Source of the DNA: Eledone cirrhosa
Lineage: Eukaryota
DNA length: 64,000 nucleotides
NCBI GenBank assembly: GCA_964016885.1
Contig: OZ024742.1
Coordinates: forward strand, 279,310,001 to 279,374,000
Reading direction: 5' to 3'
Shown here: piece after piece, positions 1-13,214 of the stretch
How the letters are laid out: every line of letters starts with the position of its first letter
How positions within the stretch are numbered: the first letter of the stretch is position 1
Translations under genes and position numbers: made by a program
Notes under the pieces: model-generated
What the model was told of the DNA's origin: nothing
Seen by the model: the letters and a program-made list of their open reading frames with translations, nothing else
Databases searched by the model: none

Positions 1-112
1 GCATACATATGTATATGCGTATAAATATCATAATGATTTTCTGCCCAGTGATTAAACATTTACCGTTTCGGTAAAATATGAGAAAATATATGATTGACTT
101 AGCTTGGTTCAA

Positions 113-115
113 ATC

Positions 116-157
<42 letters not shown>

Positions 158-171
158 TCTCTCTCTCTTTC

Positions 172-254
<83 letters not shown>
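113..254. repeat. (CT)n microsatellite
   Basis: Direct read; it explains the SLSL ORF at 104-313. Confidence 0.95.
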
Positions 255-256
<2 letters not shown>

Positions 257-269
257 AGTGTGATTGGCA

Positions 270-1420
270 AGTGGAAAACTGATCAGGAAAGTGTCTCTAT
301 GATGGCTTCATGAAACATGAAACCAAAATAGTTGTCGGGGGAAGTAGCGCATTGGCTGGCAAAAGGTACCATGTTTATAATAATAAAAGACCAAACTATG
401 AGAGATGATATTTCTAACTATAAACCTATGATATGTCTGTCATTGGTGTGGTAGTTCCTAACAAGCCCTATATCTGAAGAAATCTACCACGAATTCGGAA
501 GAAGAGAAAGGAAGCTGAAAAACCTCAAGTGGTACAAAATACCAGTTACTTATTAAGAAGAGGATAACAACCTGGACATGGCATGGGATGGATACATTAC
601 AAGAAGGCATTTTACATAGCTCCTTATTCTTGAATAACAAAGTGTCTCGAAATCTTCAAGGTGGCGGACAACATCACAATGCTATTAAAACCTGGGAGAC
701 ATAGATAACATCAGGGAGAGAATACTTGGGAAAAGTGAAAATCAAGAGAGGTATCTTTCAATGTGATAGGCTGTGTCCTTTAAAGTGATCTGAATTTGGA
801 AGGAGGTCATGGGACTGCTTAAAGAAAGGGGACCTTAAGTAAGCTACAGAGGAGGTGCTACTTGTTGCACAGAAGCAATCCCTCAGTAGAAAGGGGATGA
901 AACATATATTGAGAAGGATGAGGCTAGCCCACTCTGAAAGGTCTGTGGAGAGACAGAGGAAAATGTGGCTCACATCGTATCCGAGTGTAAATACCTAGCT
1001 CAGATTCATTATGATATCATAGGAAAATCGAACCACTGACATTCAGGCAAACTGAATTATTTACACATTCTGAGAGGTGGGATGAGCCAGAGTTCGTGAT
1101 AGAAAACGATCGGGTGAAACTGCTGTAGGATTTCAGGATACACACAAACAAAGAATTAGAACTCAATTGGCCCTGACCAGGTTGTTATGAACATGGTCTT
1201 GCTTGATTATAGATGTATCTTACCCCTTTGATGCAATAGTGCAAGGAGAAGCAAATTAACCGGTACCAGGATCAAAAGTGTGATCTGGAAAGGATTTGGG
1301 ATAGTCATGATATCAAAGTCGTCACTACCGTCATAGGAGCACTAGATAATATCTACAAACCTTTCTTTTCCATGGCTGGTTAACAAATATTACTCCGGCT
1401 TGCTCTTTATTAGGGCACAT
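270..1420 (+). pseudogene. Heavily decayed R4/Dong-like RT-RLE retrotransposon fragment
   Basis: Broken motifs colinear with the intact 47544-50936 ORF: KGT..KD..NYKP..CLS (~362-441), IKRGIFQ.D.L.P (~741-780), AQ.Q (~867), DFRI.T (~1130). Many stops and deletions. Confidence 0.8.
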
Positions 1421-1510
1421 TCTCCGGTAAATGATATCAATGAGATACTAAATTCATAGTAATAAGCAAGACACTGGGCACATATCAGAAACAATAGTGA
1501 AGGAAAAGGG

Positions 1511-1568
<58 letters not shown>
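1511..1568 (+). repeat. (TAA)n target array 5' of R4-like family 1 element
   Basis: Direct read. Confidence 0.95.
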
Positions 1569-1569
<1 letters not shown>

Positions 1570-4500
1570 GTAGATGTCTAATGATGAAATCTCATACCGG
1601 ATCGGCCGTCACCCGGGTAAAAAAAGGGCCGCGTCCTTCAGAGAGGAACCAGACTGGGGTCGAAAAATCAGCTAATGGTTCAAACCTTCCCATCACTTCG
1701 GAGCTGGAGACCTCCCATAACCGGAATACTCCTACTGTTGGCCCTCCATGCTCACCACCAAGAAATCCAAAGAAAAAGAGAGAAAAATGGTCAAGGGAAG
1801 ATAATAAAGAAGTCCTTGAGGCTTTCTACACTGCCATGTACTACCCATCAAATACATCGAATACAGAGCAAACATATATCAACTGGAAAAAGAAACATCC
1901 CGAAAACAGAGGCTATATTGACAGTAACAAACTAGCCAATATACGAAGAAATATTGTAAGAAAAAAGTTACTAACTGATATAGAAATTGATCAGATCAAA
2001 CTAGTAGCACAAAGTCAGCGAAGGGAAAATGAAGCATGTGTCAGTGAAAACGAGGTAAACTGTAACACTTCGAATCCCAGAGTTGGGGCGGAATCACTGG
2101 CAACAGAACAAATTAAAGAAAGGAGCGAAAAAGTGGGGGGAGTGCATGATCAGGATGAAACTCCAAATGAAAATAATGAGATCGTAAATGATAAAGAAAT
2201 GAATGAGAATGAACTTGCCAACTTGAAGGATGAAATTATGATCGAATGGATGAAAATGAAAGAATCTGACATGGGGGAACGAGACACCCTCCCTAAGATC
2301 CAGAACTCCAAACAGAACCAAAAGATAATACACAAGACTAACATAATTCTCAAAAACATTATCATCACAAACAAACTAAGCATTACTGACTTAAATCATC
2401 TCTATTATGCATCGGCTAAAGTCACCACTCACTTATGTGGAGTGAAGATGAAAAAACAAAGGAATTCCCACAAGAAATCTACTTGGCAAGATAACATCAA
2501 TCGCCAAATAAACCTTCTCCGATCTGACATAGAAATGTTAACAAACTATAAAGTAGGTGAACATGTTAAACAAACTAAACTTAGAAAATTGAAAAAAAAG
2601 TACAGTATAAGATCAACATGTGACACAGACATGCTGATAGAAACAATCAAGCAAAAAGTGTCGGCCAAAGCTGCTCGTATAAGGCGCTTTGAAAAACGAT
2701 CTAGATTCTATAAGGACAATAATAAGTTCAAAAACAACCAAAGAAACTTCTACAGAAAAATTGGTAAGTCAACAATAACTGCTAAATCAATACCACCCAA
2801 GGAGGAAGTGCAAGAATTCTGGGAAAAGATCTGGGCCGAAGAAAAAGTTCATAAAATACATGCCCCATGGATAGACAGACAAATGAAAGAAACAGCTCAC
2901 CTTGAAGAACAAACATGGGAAAATATAACAGTTGAACAGCTGCGTTTGGCTCTAAGAAAAACCAGCAAATGGAAATCCCCAGGAAAAGACAAAATACAAA
3001 ACTTTTGGATAAATGCCTTCACAGAGTCTCATGAGCTGTTAGCCCAACTTTACAATGAAATAGTTAAGGAGCCAGAAAAGATACCATCATGGCTAGTTAA
3101 CGGCATTACATTCCTGCTACCGAAGAATGATGAGACAAACAATCCCAAAAATTACAGACCGATAACCTGCTTGACCACAATGTATAAAATTTTAACATCA
3201 GTCCTAACTGAATACACATATGACCACCTGATAACAAATTACCTATTTCCCATTGAGCAGAAAGGGTGTAAACGAGGCTCATGTGGCTGTAAGGATCAGC
3301 TTCTGGTTAACAAAATGATACTGGAAGATTGTCATAATAGACACAAAAATCTATCGATTGCTTGGATAGATTATAAAAAAGCATTTGATAGTTTGCCACA
3401 CAGTTGGATTGAAAAATGTTTAGAGATTTTCAAAATATCCCCCGTTATCAGGAGGTTTTTGTCATTCAGTATGAGGACATGGAGAACGACACTCCTTTTG
3501 AATAGTGAAACAAAATCACTGGAAGCTGGAGAAGTTAACATTAATTGTGGAATTTTTCAGGGTGACTCTTTATCACCGCTTTTATTCTGCATCGCACTTA
3601 TACCATTAAGTAAAATGCTCAATGAAACAAAACATGGATATAGAGTCTATGACAAAACCATTAATCACCTGTTCTACATGGATGACCTGAAACTATTTGC
3701 AAAAAATGATGAACAATTGCAAGGGCTATTATCCACTGTGAAGCAGTTCAGTGATGACATTAAAATGGAGTTTGGACTGGATAAATGCGCCAAAGCAACG
3801 TTCACCAGAGGAAAGCTGCTGAAGAGTTCAGACATTAATCTTGATCGGAGGAACGTGATAAGAGAGCTTGATCAAGAACAAACTTACAAATATCTAGGTG
3901 TTTGTGAAGGAGACGGAATCAAGCACTCGACAATGAGGGAAAGGATAAGGAAGGAATGTTACCGCAGAGTCAGAGCCATCTTAAGAACGGAATTGAATGC
4001 AAGGAATAGGATCGATGCCATAAACACGCTTGCCATACCAGTAGTAACCTACAGTTACAATGTCATCAACTGGTCAAGCACAGAGATCCGTAGGCTCGAT
4101 ACAAAAATCCGAAAATTCTTAACCATGCACAGAATGCATCACCCTAAGGCAGACATAGATAGAATATATCTCCCTAGGAAAGAAGGAGGACGTGGGTTAA
4201 TCCAGTTAGACATTGCGTTGAAAACTGCAACAATTGGATTATCCACATATCTAAGGGAATCACATGATTGGATGATCAAACTCGTTTTGAAACACGAAAG
4301 CACCAAAAGATCATATTCCATTACAAAAGATGCACAAATATACAGTAATGGACTACAAATTTCAGAAGTCCCATTTACTGCTGAAATGGAAAACACAGAA
4401 AAAGCAAAGCAGGTAAAAGTAACTGCAAAGAAAGAACTGCTACAGAAACTGGCTAAGAAATGGCAAGAAAAGCCTCTGTATGGAAAATACCCAGAGCGAG

Positions 4501-5367
4501 CTAACAATCCTGATGTTGACAAAACTTTAACCCATCAGTGGTTGGCATCCTCTGGACTGAAATCGGAGACTGAAGGACTGATTATATCCGCACAAGATCA
4601 GTGTCTGCCAACAAAAAATTACCAAGCCAACATAATAAAAAATGGGTGCAGCCCATTATGCCGTGTATGCAAAAAACAACCAGAGACCATTGACCATATA
4701 ATTTCAATGTGCAGTCCTATAGCTCCAACCGAATACCTAAACAGGCATGACAGAGCTGCACAATACATACATTGGATAATGTGTAAGCATTTTGACCTGC
4801 CCCATCAAAAGAATTGGTGGGAGCATCAACCACCTCCCATACTTGAAAAAGATCACATCTCAATCTTGTGGAACTTTAGCATCCAAACAGACCGAAAAAT
4901 AGATGTAAATAGACCTGATATAATATTGAAGGACTTTCAAAGGAGGGTATGCCTGCTAATTGATATGTCTGTTCCAATAGACAAGAATGTATCTATAAAA
5001 ACATTTGAAAAATTGAGCAAGTATAAGGACCTGGAGATAGAAATTGGAAAAATGTGGAAATTGAGAACTAAAACAATACCAGTGGTTGTAGGCGCTCTGG
5101 GAATGATACCTAAGGGGTCTAACGACTACTTATCGCAAATCCCAGGAAACCCGCGTATAGGAGAAATACAAAATTTAGTACTAATGGGAACTGCCCATAT
5201 ACTAAGGAAGATCCTGTCAATATAAGTACATCACAAGTCTAAACACTAAGGATGCATGTGTGAATATGTGTGTTCTTTCTTGAACATGGCGGACCTTGTT
5301 GTCTCTTGAGGTCACTGGTTGTGACTTGGTGATAACTCGTATAAACATAAAGCAAGATAAATGCAAA
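1569..5367 (+). mobile_element. R4/Dong-clade RLE non-LTR retrotransposon, family 1, inserted in (TAA)n
   Basis: Single long ORF, ~140-nt 3' UTR with a GTCAC-TGGTT-GTGAC hairpin, and TAA repeats on both sides. Clade assigned from domain order and TAA targeting. Confidence 0.85.
1581..5225 (+). CDS. Intact 1214-aa reverse transcriptase / restriction-like endonuclease polyprotein
   Basis: N-terminal KWSREDN..LEAFY motif; RT motifs [38 protein letters not shown]; CCHC CRVC..ETIDHIISMC; RHD; RLE NRPDII..ID..P..K..KY. Confidence 0.95.
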   Translation: MMKSHTGSAVTRVKKGPRPSERNQTGVEKSANGSNLPITSELETSHNRNTPTVGPPCSPPRNPKKKREKWSREDNKEVLEAFYTAMYYPSNTSNTEQTYINWKKKHPENRGYIDSNKLANIRRNIVRKKLLTDIEIDQIKLVAQSQRRENEACVSENEVNCNTSNPRVGAESLATEQIKERSEKVGGVHDQDETPNENNEIVNDKEMNENELANLKDEIMIEWMKMKESDMGERDTLPKIQNSKQNQKIIHKTNIILKNIIITNKLSITDLNHLYYASAKVTTHLCGVKMKKQRNSHKKSTWQDNINRQINLLRSDIEMLTNYKVGEHVKQTKLRKLKKKYSIRSTCDTDMLIETIKQKVSAKAARIRRFEKRSRFYKDNNKFKNNQRNFYRKIGKSTITAKSIPPKEEVQEFWEKIWAEEKVHKIHAPWIDRQMKETAHLEEQTWENITVEQLRLALRKTSKWKSPGKDKIQNFWINAFTESHELLAQLYNEIVKEPEKIPSWLVNGITFLLPKNDETNNPKNYRPITCLTTMYKILTSVLTEYTYDHLITNYLFPIEQKGCKRGSCGCKDQLLVNKMILEDCHNRHKNLSIAWIDYKKAFDSLPHSWIEKCLEIFKISPVIRRFLSFSMRTWRTTLLLNSETKSLEAGEVNINCGIFQGDSLSPLLFCIALIPLSKMLNETKHGYRVYDKTINHLFYMDDLKLFAKNDEQLQGLLSTVKQFSDDIKMEFGLDKCAKATFTRGKLLKSSDINLDRRNVIRELDQEQTYKYLGVCEGDGIKHSTMRERIRKECYRRVRAILRTELNARNRIDAINTLAIPVVTYSYNVINWSSTEIRRLDTKIRKFLTMHRMHHPKADIDRIYLPRKEGGRGLIQLDIALKTATIGLSTYLRESHDWMIKLVLKHESTKRSYSITKDAQIYSNGLQISEVPFTAEMENTEKAKQVKVTAKKELLQKLAKKWQEKPLYGKYPERANNPDVDKTLTHQWLASSGLKSETEGLIISAQDQCLPTKNYQANIIKNGCSPLCRVCKKQPETIDHIISMCSPIAPTEYLNRHDRAAQYIHWIMCKHFDLPHQKNWWEHQPPPILEKDHISILWNFSIQTDRKIDVNRPDIILKDFQRRVCLLIDMSVPIDKNVSIKTFEKLSKYKDLEIEIGKMWKLRTKTIPVVVGALGMIPKGSNDYLSQIPGNPRIGEIQNLVLMGTAHILRKILSI

Positions 5368-5397
5368 TAATAATAATAATGATAATAATAATAATAA
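5368..5397 (+). repeat. (TAA)4 TGA (TAA)5 spacer shared tail-to-tail by R4-like and Tx1-like elements
   Basis: Direct read. Confidence 0.9.
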
Positions 5398-5874
5398 TGT
5401 TTTCTTTATTAACCACAAGGGTTTACATAAAGTAGACATTAAGGACAGTACAGGACAATACACGGCGGTACAAATGGTCATTTCTGCGTGTAAAAAACAA
5501 GAAACAGAGGATGTAATAATAGAACAATGAAACAATTCCCCAATAGGGGGGAGACTTCCGAGGGACATTCGTGGAGAAAGCCCATTAAAAAGCCACAGTG
5601 ACCCTGACCACCAGGGCAAGTGCCCTCTCCCAGTTTTCCACCTTTAATTTACAGACACATACTCAGAGTAGGCCCATTCACTAGAGCCATTCTTGCTGCT
5701 CTCACCCATCTTTCAACAAAATGCTGGGAAGAGAGCACTTCCCTTTCTACCCTGATTTTCCTTTTTAAATGAAATTTGAAAAAGTTAATCAGGGCATCAA
5801 CGAAGAGGTAAGTGCTCGTCTTCAGCCCTTTCAAACGTGTCCACCATACCTATATCTTTCGCCATGGCCACCAG
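5398..5874 (-). mobile_element. 5'-truncated Tx1-like element (ORF2 C-terminus + 3' UTR)
   Basis: Near-identical to 57715-58185. Translates as KGLKTSTYLFVDALINFFKFHLKRKIRVERE, with AATAAA before the TTA tail. Confidence 0.92.
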
Positions 5875-8197
5875 GCAGTGTTGATTGAGACAGTACAAAA
5901 GGAGATTAGTGATCCAGCACAGCAACAAACTGATTTGAGTATCACCGTTGAAACTCTTAAGGGGCAGGCCAAAAAACTAACCAACTGGAAATCACCAGGC
6001 CCGGATCGTGTGCAGGGGTATTGTATTAAGCATATAACATCCCTTCACCCGAAACTGACAACCATGTTCAATGATTGCTTGATGTCAGGTGAGGTACCAG
6101 ACTGGTTGACAAAAGGTACCACAGTTCTGGTAATGAAAGACCGAATCAAGGGTAATGATGTCACCAACTATAGACCTATCACATGTCTGTCCGTAATGTG
6201 GAAACTGTCGACAAGCATTATGTCTGAGGAAATCTACCATCACCTGCACACAAACAACTTGTTACCGGACGAACAGAAAGGATGCCGAAAGAAGTCCCGT
6301 GGTACAAAGGACCAGTTACTTATTGATAAGATGGTAATGAGGAATTGCAAAAGGAGACACACTGGTCTTGCTATGGGATGGATAGACTACAAATAGGCAT
6401 TTGATATGGTGCTTATTCTTGGATCAACAAAAGCCTAGAGATCTTCAAGGTGGCAGATAACGTCAGACAGTTGTTTGGCAAAAGTATGAAATACTGGAAA
6501 ACAGAGTTAACATCAGCTGGAGAATCCTTGGGAGGCGTGAAGATCAAGAGAGGTATCTTGCAGGGAGATAGTCTGTCCCCTCGTTTGTTTGTCCTTGCAC
6601 TAATGCCCCTGACCATTATACTGCGAAAAGTGACAGCAGGATACAAGTTTGGAAAGGGAGAGCTTACCATCAATCACCTCCTCTTCGACGATCTTAAGCT
6701 CTTCGGGAAGTGTGAGAAGGGGTTGAATGTGCTTGTTGACACTGTCCGTATTTTCAGCAATGATATATGTATGCAATTTGGTATTAGTAAGTGTGGAGTC
6801 CTTGTGATGAAGAGGGGTAAATTGAGTAGAAGCAACAGAATCCAGGTACCAACAGGTGAGATGATAAAGGAAATTGACACTGAAGAAGGATACAAGTATT
6901 TGGGTGTTCTGGAGGCTGATGACATCAAGAACAAAAAAATGAAGGAATTGATAAGATCTGAATACATTCGGAGAGTAAGGAGCGTATTAAAGTCACATCT
7001 GAAGAGTAGGAATGGCATAAGTGCAGTAAATCCCCGAGCTGTGTCTATTATTAGGTACAGCGCGGGAATTCTGAGATGGAATGTTGCTGAACAAAAAGAA
7101 ATGGATAGGAAGACTAGGAAGCTATTGACTATCTACAACATGTTCTACAAGAGGAGTGATGTCGATAGACTTTACTTAAGGAGATCTGAAGATGGAAGAG
7201 GTCTTATCAGCATAGCGGACTGTGTTCACATGGAGAAAAAGAACCTACACAAATACGTGACTGATAGTAAGGAGCCAATGCTCAGAAGTTTACTGAAGGA
7301 CAGGACAATTGACCAAGGGATGTCCAAGGAGGAAATAACAACAAGGAGAAAGAGCAGCCTTCATGAAAAATCCCTTCATATTACCTTCTTTGAGAAAACT
7401 GAATTCAAAGATCCACAGACATGGAACTAGTTGAAAAGAGGAGACCTGAAAAAGGATACAGAATGAATGCTAATGGCTGCGCAAGAGCAGGCCCTCAAAA
7501 CGAAGTGGTTGAAACACCATATTTACAAGGAGGAGGCTAGCCCACTGTGCAGGATCCTTGGAGAGAGAGAGGAGATTGTGGCTCACATTGTATCCGAGTG
7601 TAAACACCTAGCCCAGACTCACTATAAAGGCTGGAGACATGATGTGATGGGCAGGGTGATTCACTGGCACCTATGCAAAGTAAACAATTTACCACATTCT
7701 GGAAGTGGTATGAGCATAAGCCAGAGTCGGTGATAGAAAACGATCACGTGAAGGTGCTATGGGATTTTAGGATACAGACGGACAAGAAACTGGAACACAA
7801 TAGACCAGACCTGGTGGTTTTGGACAAGGAAAAAAGATCGTGCCTGATTGTGGATGTGGCCTGCCCATTCGACACGAGAGTGCAAGAGAAGGAGAGGGAG
7901 GAAATCAACCGATACCAGGACTTAAAATTGGAGGTAAAAAGGATTTGGAACTGCCATAAAGTCAAAGTGGTCCCGATTGTCATAGGCGCACTAGGGACTA
8001 TCTCAAAAAGTTTCCAGCGATGGTTAAAGAAAATTGGCCCCGCCCCGCTTTTTGGAACACTTCAAAAGGCATGCTGGCTGGGAACAGCAAGAACCCTCCG
8101 ATACGTCCTGAATATCTGAGGCTGCAGGTAGTGTCTTGATATTCATTTCATTCAAACTTTCCAGTTAACTAACATCAATGACTGAGACTCAAAGAAT
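5870..8197 (+). mobile_element. 5'-truncated, disrupted R4-like family 2 copy
   Basis: ORF pieces 5812-6396, 6450-7430, 7467-7733 and 7673-8119 match the 1130-aa ORF (RT, CCHC, RLE). Same 3' UTR end (GACTGAGACTCAAAGAA) followed by TAA repeats. Confidence 0.93.
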
Positions 8198-8240
8198 AAT
8201 AATAATAATAGAAGAAGAAGAAGAAGAAGAAGAAGAAGGA
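8198..8240 (+). repeat. (TAA)n/(GAA)n compound tail
   Basis: Direct read. Confidence 0.9.
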
Positions 8241-8414
8241 GGAAGGGGATTGGGTGTAAGATGGGTAGGAAGGGGAGAGGAGGTAGACAGAGGAGATGTC
8301 GTAGAGAAAAAGAAAAAGCAGAAGAAAAAGAAAGAGAAAGAAATTACATAGATATAGAAAGGTGAATCAAAGGAAGACAGGAAGACGTACTGCAGCCATG
8401 AGAGGTGATTGTGC

Positions 8415-8485
<71 letters not shown>
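8415..8485. repeat. (AGT)n microsatellite
   Basis: Direct read. Confidence 0.9.
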
Positions 8486-8962
8486 AGGCGGTATGGGGGG
8501 GGGGGGGTGACAGTGGTGTTGTTGGTTGGTAGTTTTGGCTGTGGTGTTGGTAGTGGTTTTGGTTGTAGGAGGAGAAGGAAATATATGTTACAATTGCGAT
8601 GCGTCAGCGACCTTCCCTGAAGTCACCGATATATGTTGTTAATACAGTAACAAAACTAACACGTCATCCATTATATTCCGGTCCTGGTGTCATCCGGCTG
8701 TTTAAGTCTCTTGATAATGAAGATATCAATAAAACCTATTTTGGAGAAAGCGTATATTTAATTCTTGCTATAACAATAGACATATTAATATACAGCATAT
8801 ATATGTATATATATATATATACGTACATACACACATGCATGCGTTCTTACATACATACATATAATACATAACACATGTAGAGTAAAAATCAATATATGTA
8901 TATTATATACGCCATATAATTATATATGATATAATATAATATAATATAATATAATATAATAT

Positions 8963-8997
<35 letters not shown>

Positions 8998-10257
8998 ATA
9001 GCAACTTATTGGACAACTAGAAGTGTTATGGTCTAACAAAATCCCTCAACTGCGGTCGTTATTTGTCAACCCCTTCTTCAGGTACTTATTTGCAATATGT
9101 CTGAATGAGCTTTTGCAAAACGTTTTACAGCATGTGTGAAAACTCTAGCGTAATAGTATTAGTTGAAGAGAACGTGTTTAAAGGTGTCGTGAAGATAACT
9201 CCGGGATTACTATTTGTCTGCCTCATATACTGGCAAAAGTTTGACATTTATGACCTAGAAAAATATAGTGTTGGAGAGAGGGAAAAATGGAAAGCGTCGT
9301 TTCTATTCATCAACATGAGAGAGGAGATCAGATATTATTTCTAGTTTGAGCGAAACTATGTTTATGTAAGATAATTTTTAAAATGGGTTTTGTATTTCTT
9401 GCTATGTTGACTGTTTACCTGGGGGTTGATGTTTTATACAAAATAGAAGCAGTTTCTGAGCTGAAGATCACTCTTTAAAACATCATACATTTTTAATTTT
9501 TTGCATTTTTACTTTTTTCTATCCGATAGTGTATGGACGGGTCTTTTCTACAAATTCTCCATTTTATTTTACGGGGAAAACCTCTCTTCTTCAATTCCCA
9601 CTCTTGTTTTGTAAGGGCTCTAGCCGTTTTCATTTTAGGATATCTGAAAGAAGAGACATGCAGGTAAATCTATTGCTTAAACATGACTTGTACAACAACT
9701 CTATAACTTTTTCCGCGAAGTGTGAACAAAATGTTCCAAAATGAAAACCACTCACACAGAAACAATTTCGCGATGAGTCCATCGTTGTTTTGAACTTAAT
9801 TATTCTCTCTGACAGAATGGGTTTGACGAAGTATTACAAGTAGAATCTATATTGTGTTATAACGTAAATGGATGATTGCAACTTTAATGTAAATCTCAAA
9901 TAGAAGTCCTATATGTTTCATGGCACTACATCGCTGATTATTTGAATTACAGTTCCAAATGATGGGTTTTCACACCTTCCATTTACCCAAGGTTTGTATT
10001 GATACGTATCTATGGTAAATCCGTTACCGAAGAAGCCGTGCAAGGATATCGAACACATAACTTTCTCTGTGCGAAGTGACATACTTTACCCTCAAACGCA
10101 AATAGATATATACGCATGTGCACGTATGAAACAATAATGTACACAAACTTTTCTCATTCATGTTTGTTTCCACAAACACACATATACTCACACATATTCT
10201 TATATATATATATATACCGAGAGGGAGAGATAAAGATATATATAGATATATATTTAA

Positions 10258-10935
<678 letters not shown>

Positions 10936-11269
10936 ACCATAGCGAAATGAGTTCATTTCCCTCAAAATTGAATATTTAACATGATTTTAAGAAATGTTTA
11001 TTTATATCTTTATATATTGTATATTCGTCTTAAACATTTTCTGTTTCTTTTTTATTTCTTTAAAGGTTGTTTCATTTATAGTTTCCTTACATTGCGGGCC
11101 TTGGATGCATTTGATCAAATCGACCGCTATTCTTTTTGTTTTTAATTCTTGTAATTATTTCATCGATCACATTTCGTCGTCGAACCGCTACGCTGAGACA
11201 CATACATAAAAACACACATACACACACACACGCCAACGCGCGTACACACACACACACACACGCACCACA

Positions 11270-11326
<57 letters not shown>

Positions 11327-11371
11327 AAGTTAAATAAAAAGTCAAATGATTAAAATTTAGCTTGGTTTATT

Positions 11372-11426
11372 ACTGCTATATATATTTCAGTGACAGCCTT
11401 CTTTGGCTGTGACCTCTTCAGGCAGT
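11372..11426 (-). ncRNA. Type I hammerhead ribozyme (family A)
   Basis: ACUGC-CUGAAGA-G GUCACAGCC..GGCUGUCAC U-GAAA-U AUAU A-UA-GCAGU. Confidence 0.8.
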
Positions 11427-12478
11427 TTGAATTAGTATGGCATAGAGATAGAATCGGACACAGCCATTATAATTTGGCCAACATCTATATAACACAAACA
11501 CTTTTTAATTTACTAGATTTCTGATTTTCAAGTTCCAATTTTAAATCTTGATTTCTCTTTATTAATTTGTTATTTGTTTTCTGCCCTCTTCACTGTATCA
11601 CCTTATATTTATTTTTAAGTTGAGATTGATTATGACACAAACACATTTAGTTTGATTATCTTATCTTAACATCTTGTTCTCATACCAATCTATCCAACAT
11701 ATTTCTGACCTTGAGATTGGTTATAGCACACCCACTCTTTATCCAACATTATTTTTCACTTCTCCATATTCATTTTCATTACTTTTTCATCAATTTTTCA
11801 TTTATTCTTTATTCTTTATTCTCTATTTATTTATTTATTTTCAAATTATACAAATTATATTAATTATTTTATATTATTTATTTATTTTCTGTTTTATTCA
11901 TTTATTGCCTTATATTTATTCATATAAATGGAAGAAACCCCCCCCACCACCACCAACACCACCACCACTATGAGAGATGGTGGCAGGAGGGATGAAGAAA
12001 AAACACACACTGGATACTTCTAAATTGTTAGCAGCAGCAAGATATAAGCTGACCACAACACCACCAAAATAATGGTAGAGGTCAAATGTACTTAACAATA
12101 GCAAACAAAAACACTACAGGGAGCCTGACCCCAGAAAGAATTCTATAGACTTCTGACTGAGGAATGCTCTCAGAACTGACCAATGGGAAGTTTGACACTT
12201 TTTTTGTTATTTGTTCCTTTAACACCTTGTCCCTTCTACCATTTTATAAAATTTTTAAGCTAACTCCAGCAATAACAACACTTAGAATGAGGAATGTTCT
12301 AATAACTGACCAATGAGAGGAGAAGAGGACCTTTGACACTGAAATTCGTTTGTTTGAATTCATATGATTCCAGTTCCTCAGTGAAATAACAACCCAACCA
12401 GGAACTGGGCCTATCAGAGTATTGACAATATTATACACCTCAACAACATATGTACTTGTCTATTCCACATTAATTCGG

Positions 12479-12533
12479 ACTGCCTGAAGAGGTCACAGCC
12501 AAAGATCGCTGTCACTGAAATATATATAGCAGT
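12479..12533 (+). ncRNA. Type I hammerhead ribozyme (family A)
   Basis: Stem I ACUGC/GCAGU, core CUGAAGA, stem II GUCACAGC/GCUGUCAC (1 mismatch), GAAA, palindromic stem III, AUA cleavage triplet. Confidence 0.8.
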
Positions 12534-12699
12534 AAACAACGAAGCTAAATTTTAATCATTTGACTTTTTATTTAACTTTATTTTACACTACTCCGGAGTA
12601 ACCAAACCAACCTGCGCACTTCGTCGAGTGCTCCAGCCTGCATTATGAGGTGTTGGTATACAACCAACATAAACTCAAAATCTATATATATATATATAT

Positions 12700-12825
12700 A
12701 ACGAAGTGTGGTAAGGAACTAGGTGGACCATAACGCATCAGACTACACAGTACTTAGGGCAGTAGAGTCCAAAAATAGCCGTCGAAACGGCTTGAGTTCT
12801 GCCGTCGGGTTCTTGAACATTTTCC

Positions 12826-12830
<5 letters not shown>
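12700..12830. mobile_element. Short PLE-type terminal fragment with internal inversion (family H)
   Basis: Homologous to 25371-25505 and 32594-32800, lies in (TA)n, and contains a hammerhead 3' half GAAAC-GGC..GCC-GUC. Confidence 0.55.
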
Positions 12831-12864
<34 letters not shown>

Positions 12865-13214
12865 ATTAATGGTAGGTAAGACGGGACTAATTCACCATAA
12901 TGTTTTTATTGCACTATATATATTTCTGTTACATGATTATTGATTATTTATGTGACTTCGTCTGAAGTGTACGCAAACATTGGTGCAGTTATGTGTGGTA
13001 TGTCGGTGGCCATATACTTCCATTCCATAGTGAAGTGGTTCGGCATATGTAAGTGTTTTCCGCTGTCGCATTGACTGGTGTTATATTTCATCGATACCAC
13101 AATAATGAAAGGAAAACTTCATTTCAGTTGGATTTGATCTCAATTTACCATCCTTATTTTATCAACCCGAAAAGTATTTCATTCTGAAAATTTGCCCTGG
13201 AAGAATTTGAACAC

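Larger units (their letters stand above)
11320..12682 (+). mobile_element. Penelope-like remnant with inverted pLTR ends in (TA)n
   Basis: Inverted repeats 11320-11434 / 12471-12585, each with a hammerhead motif. The right arm has a ~95-nt extension. No intact ORF. Confidence 0.65.
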
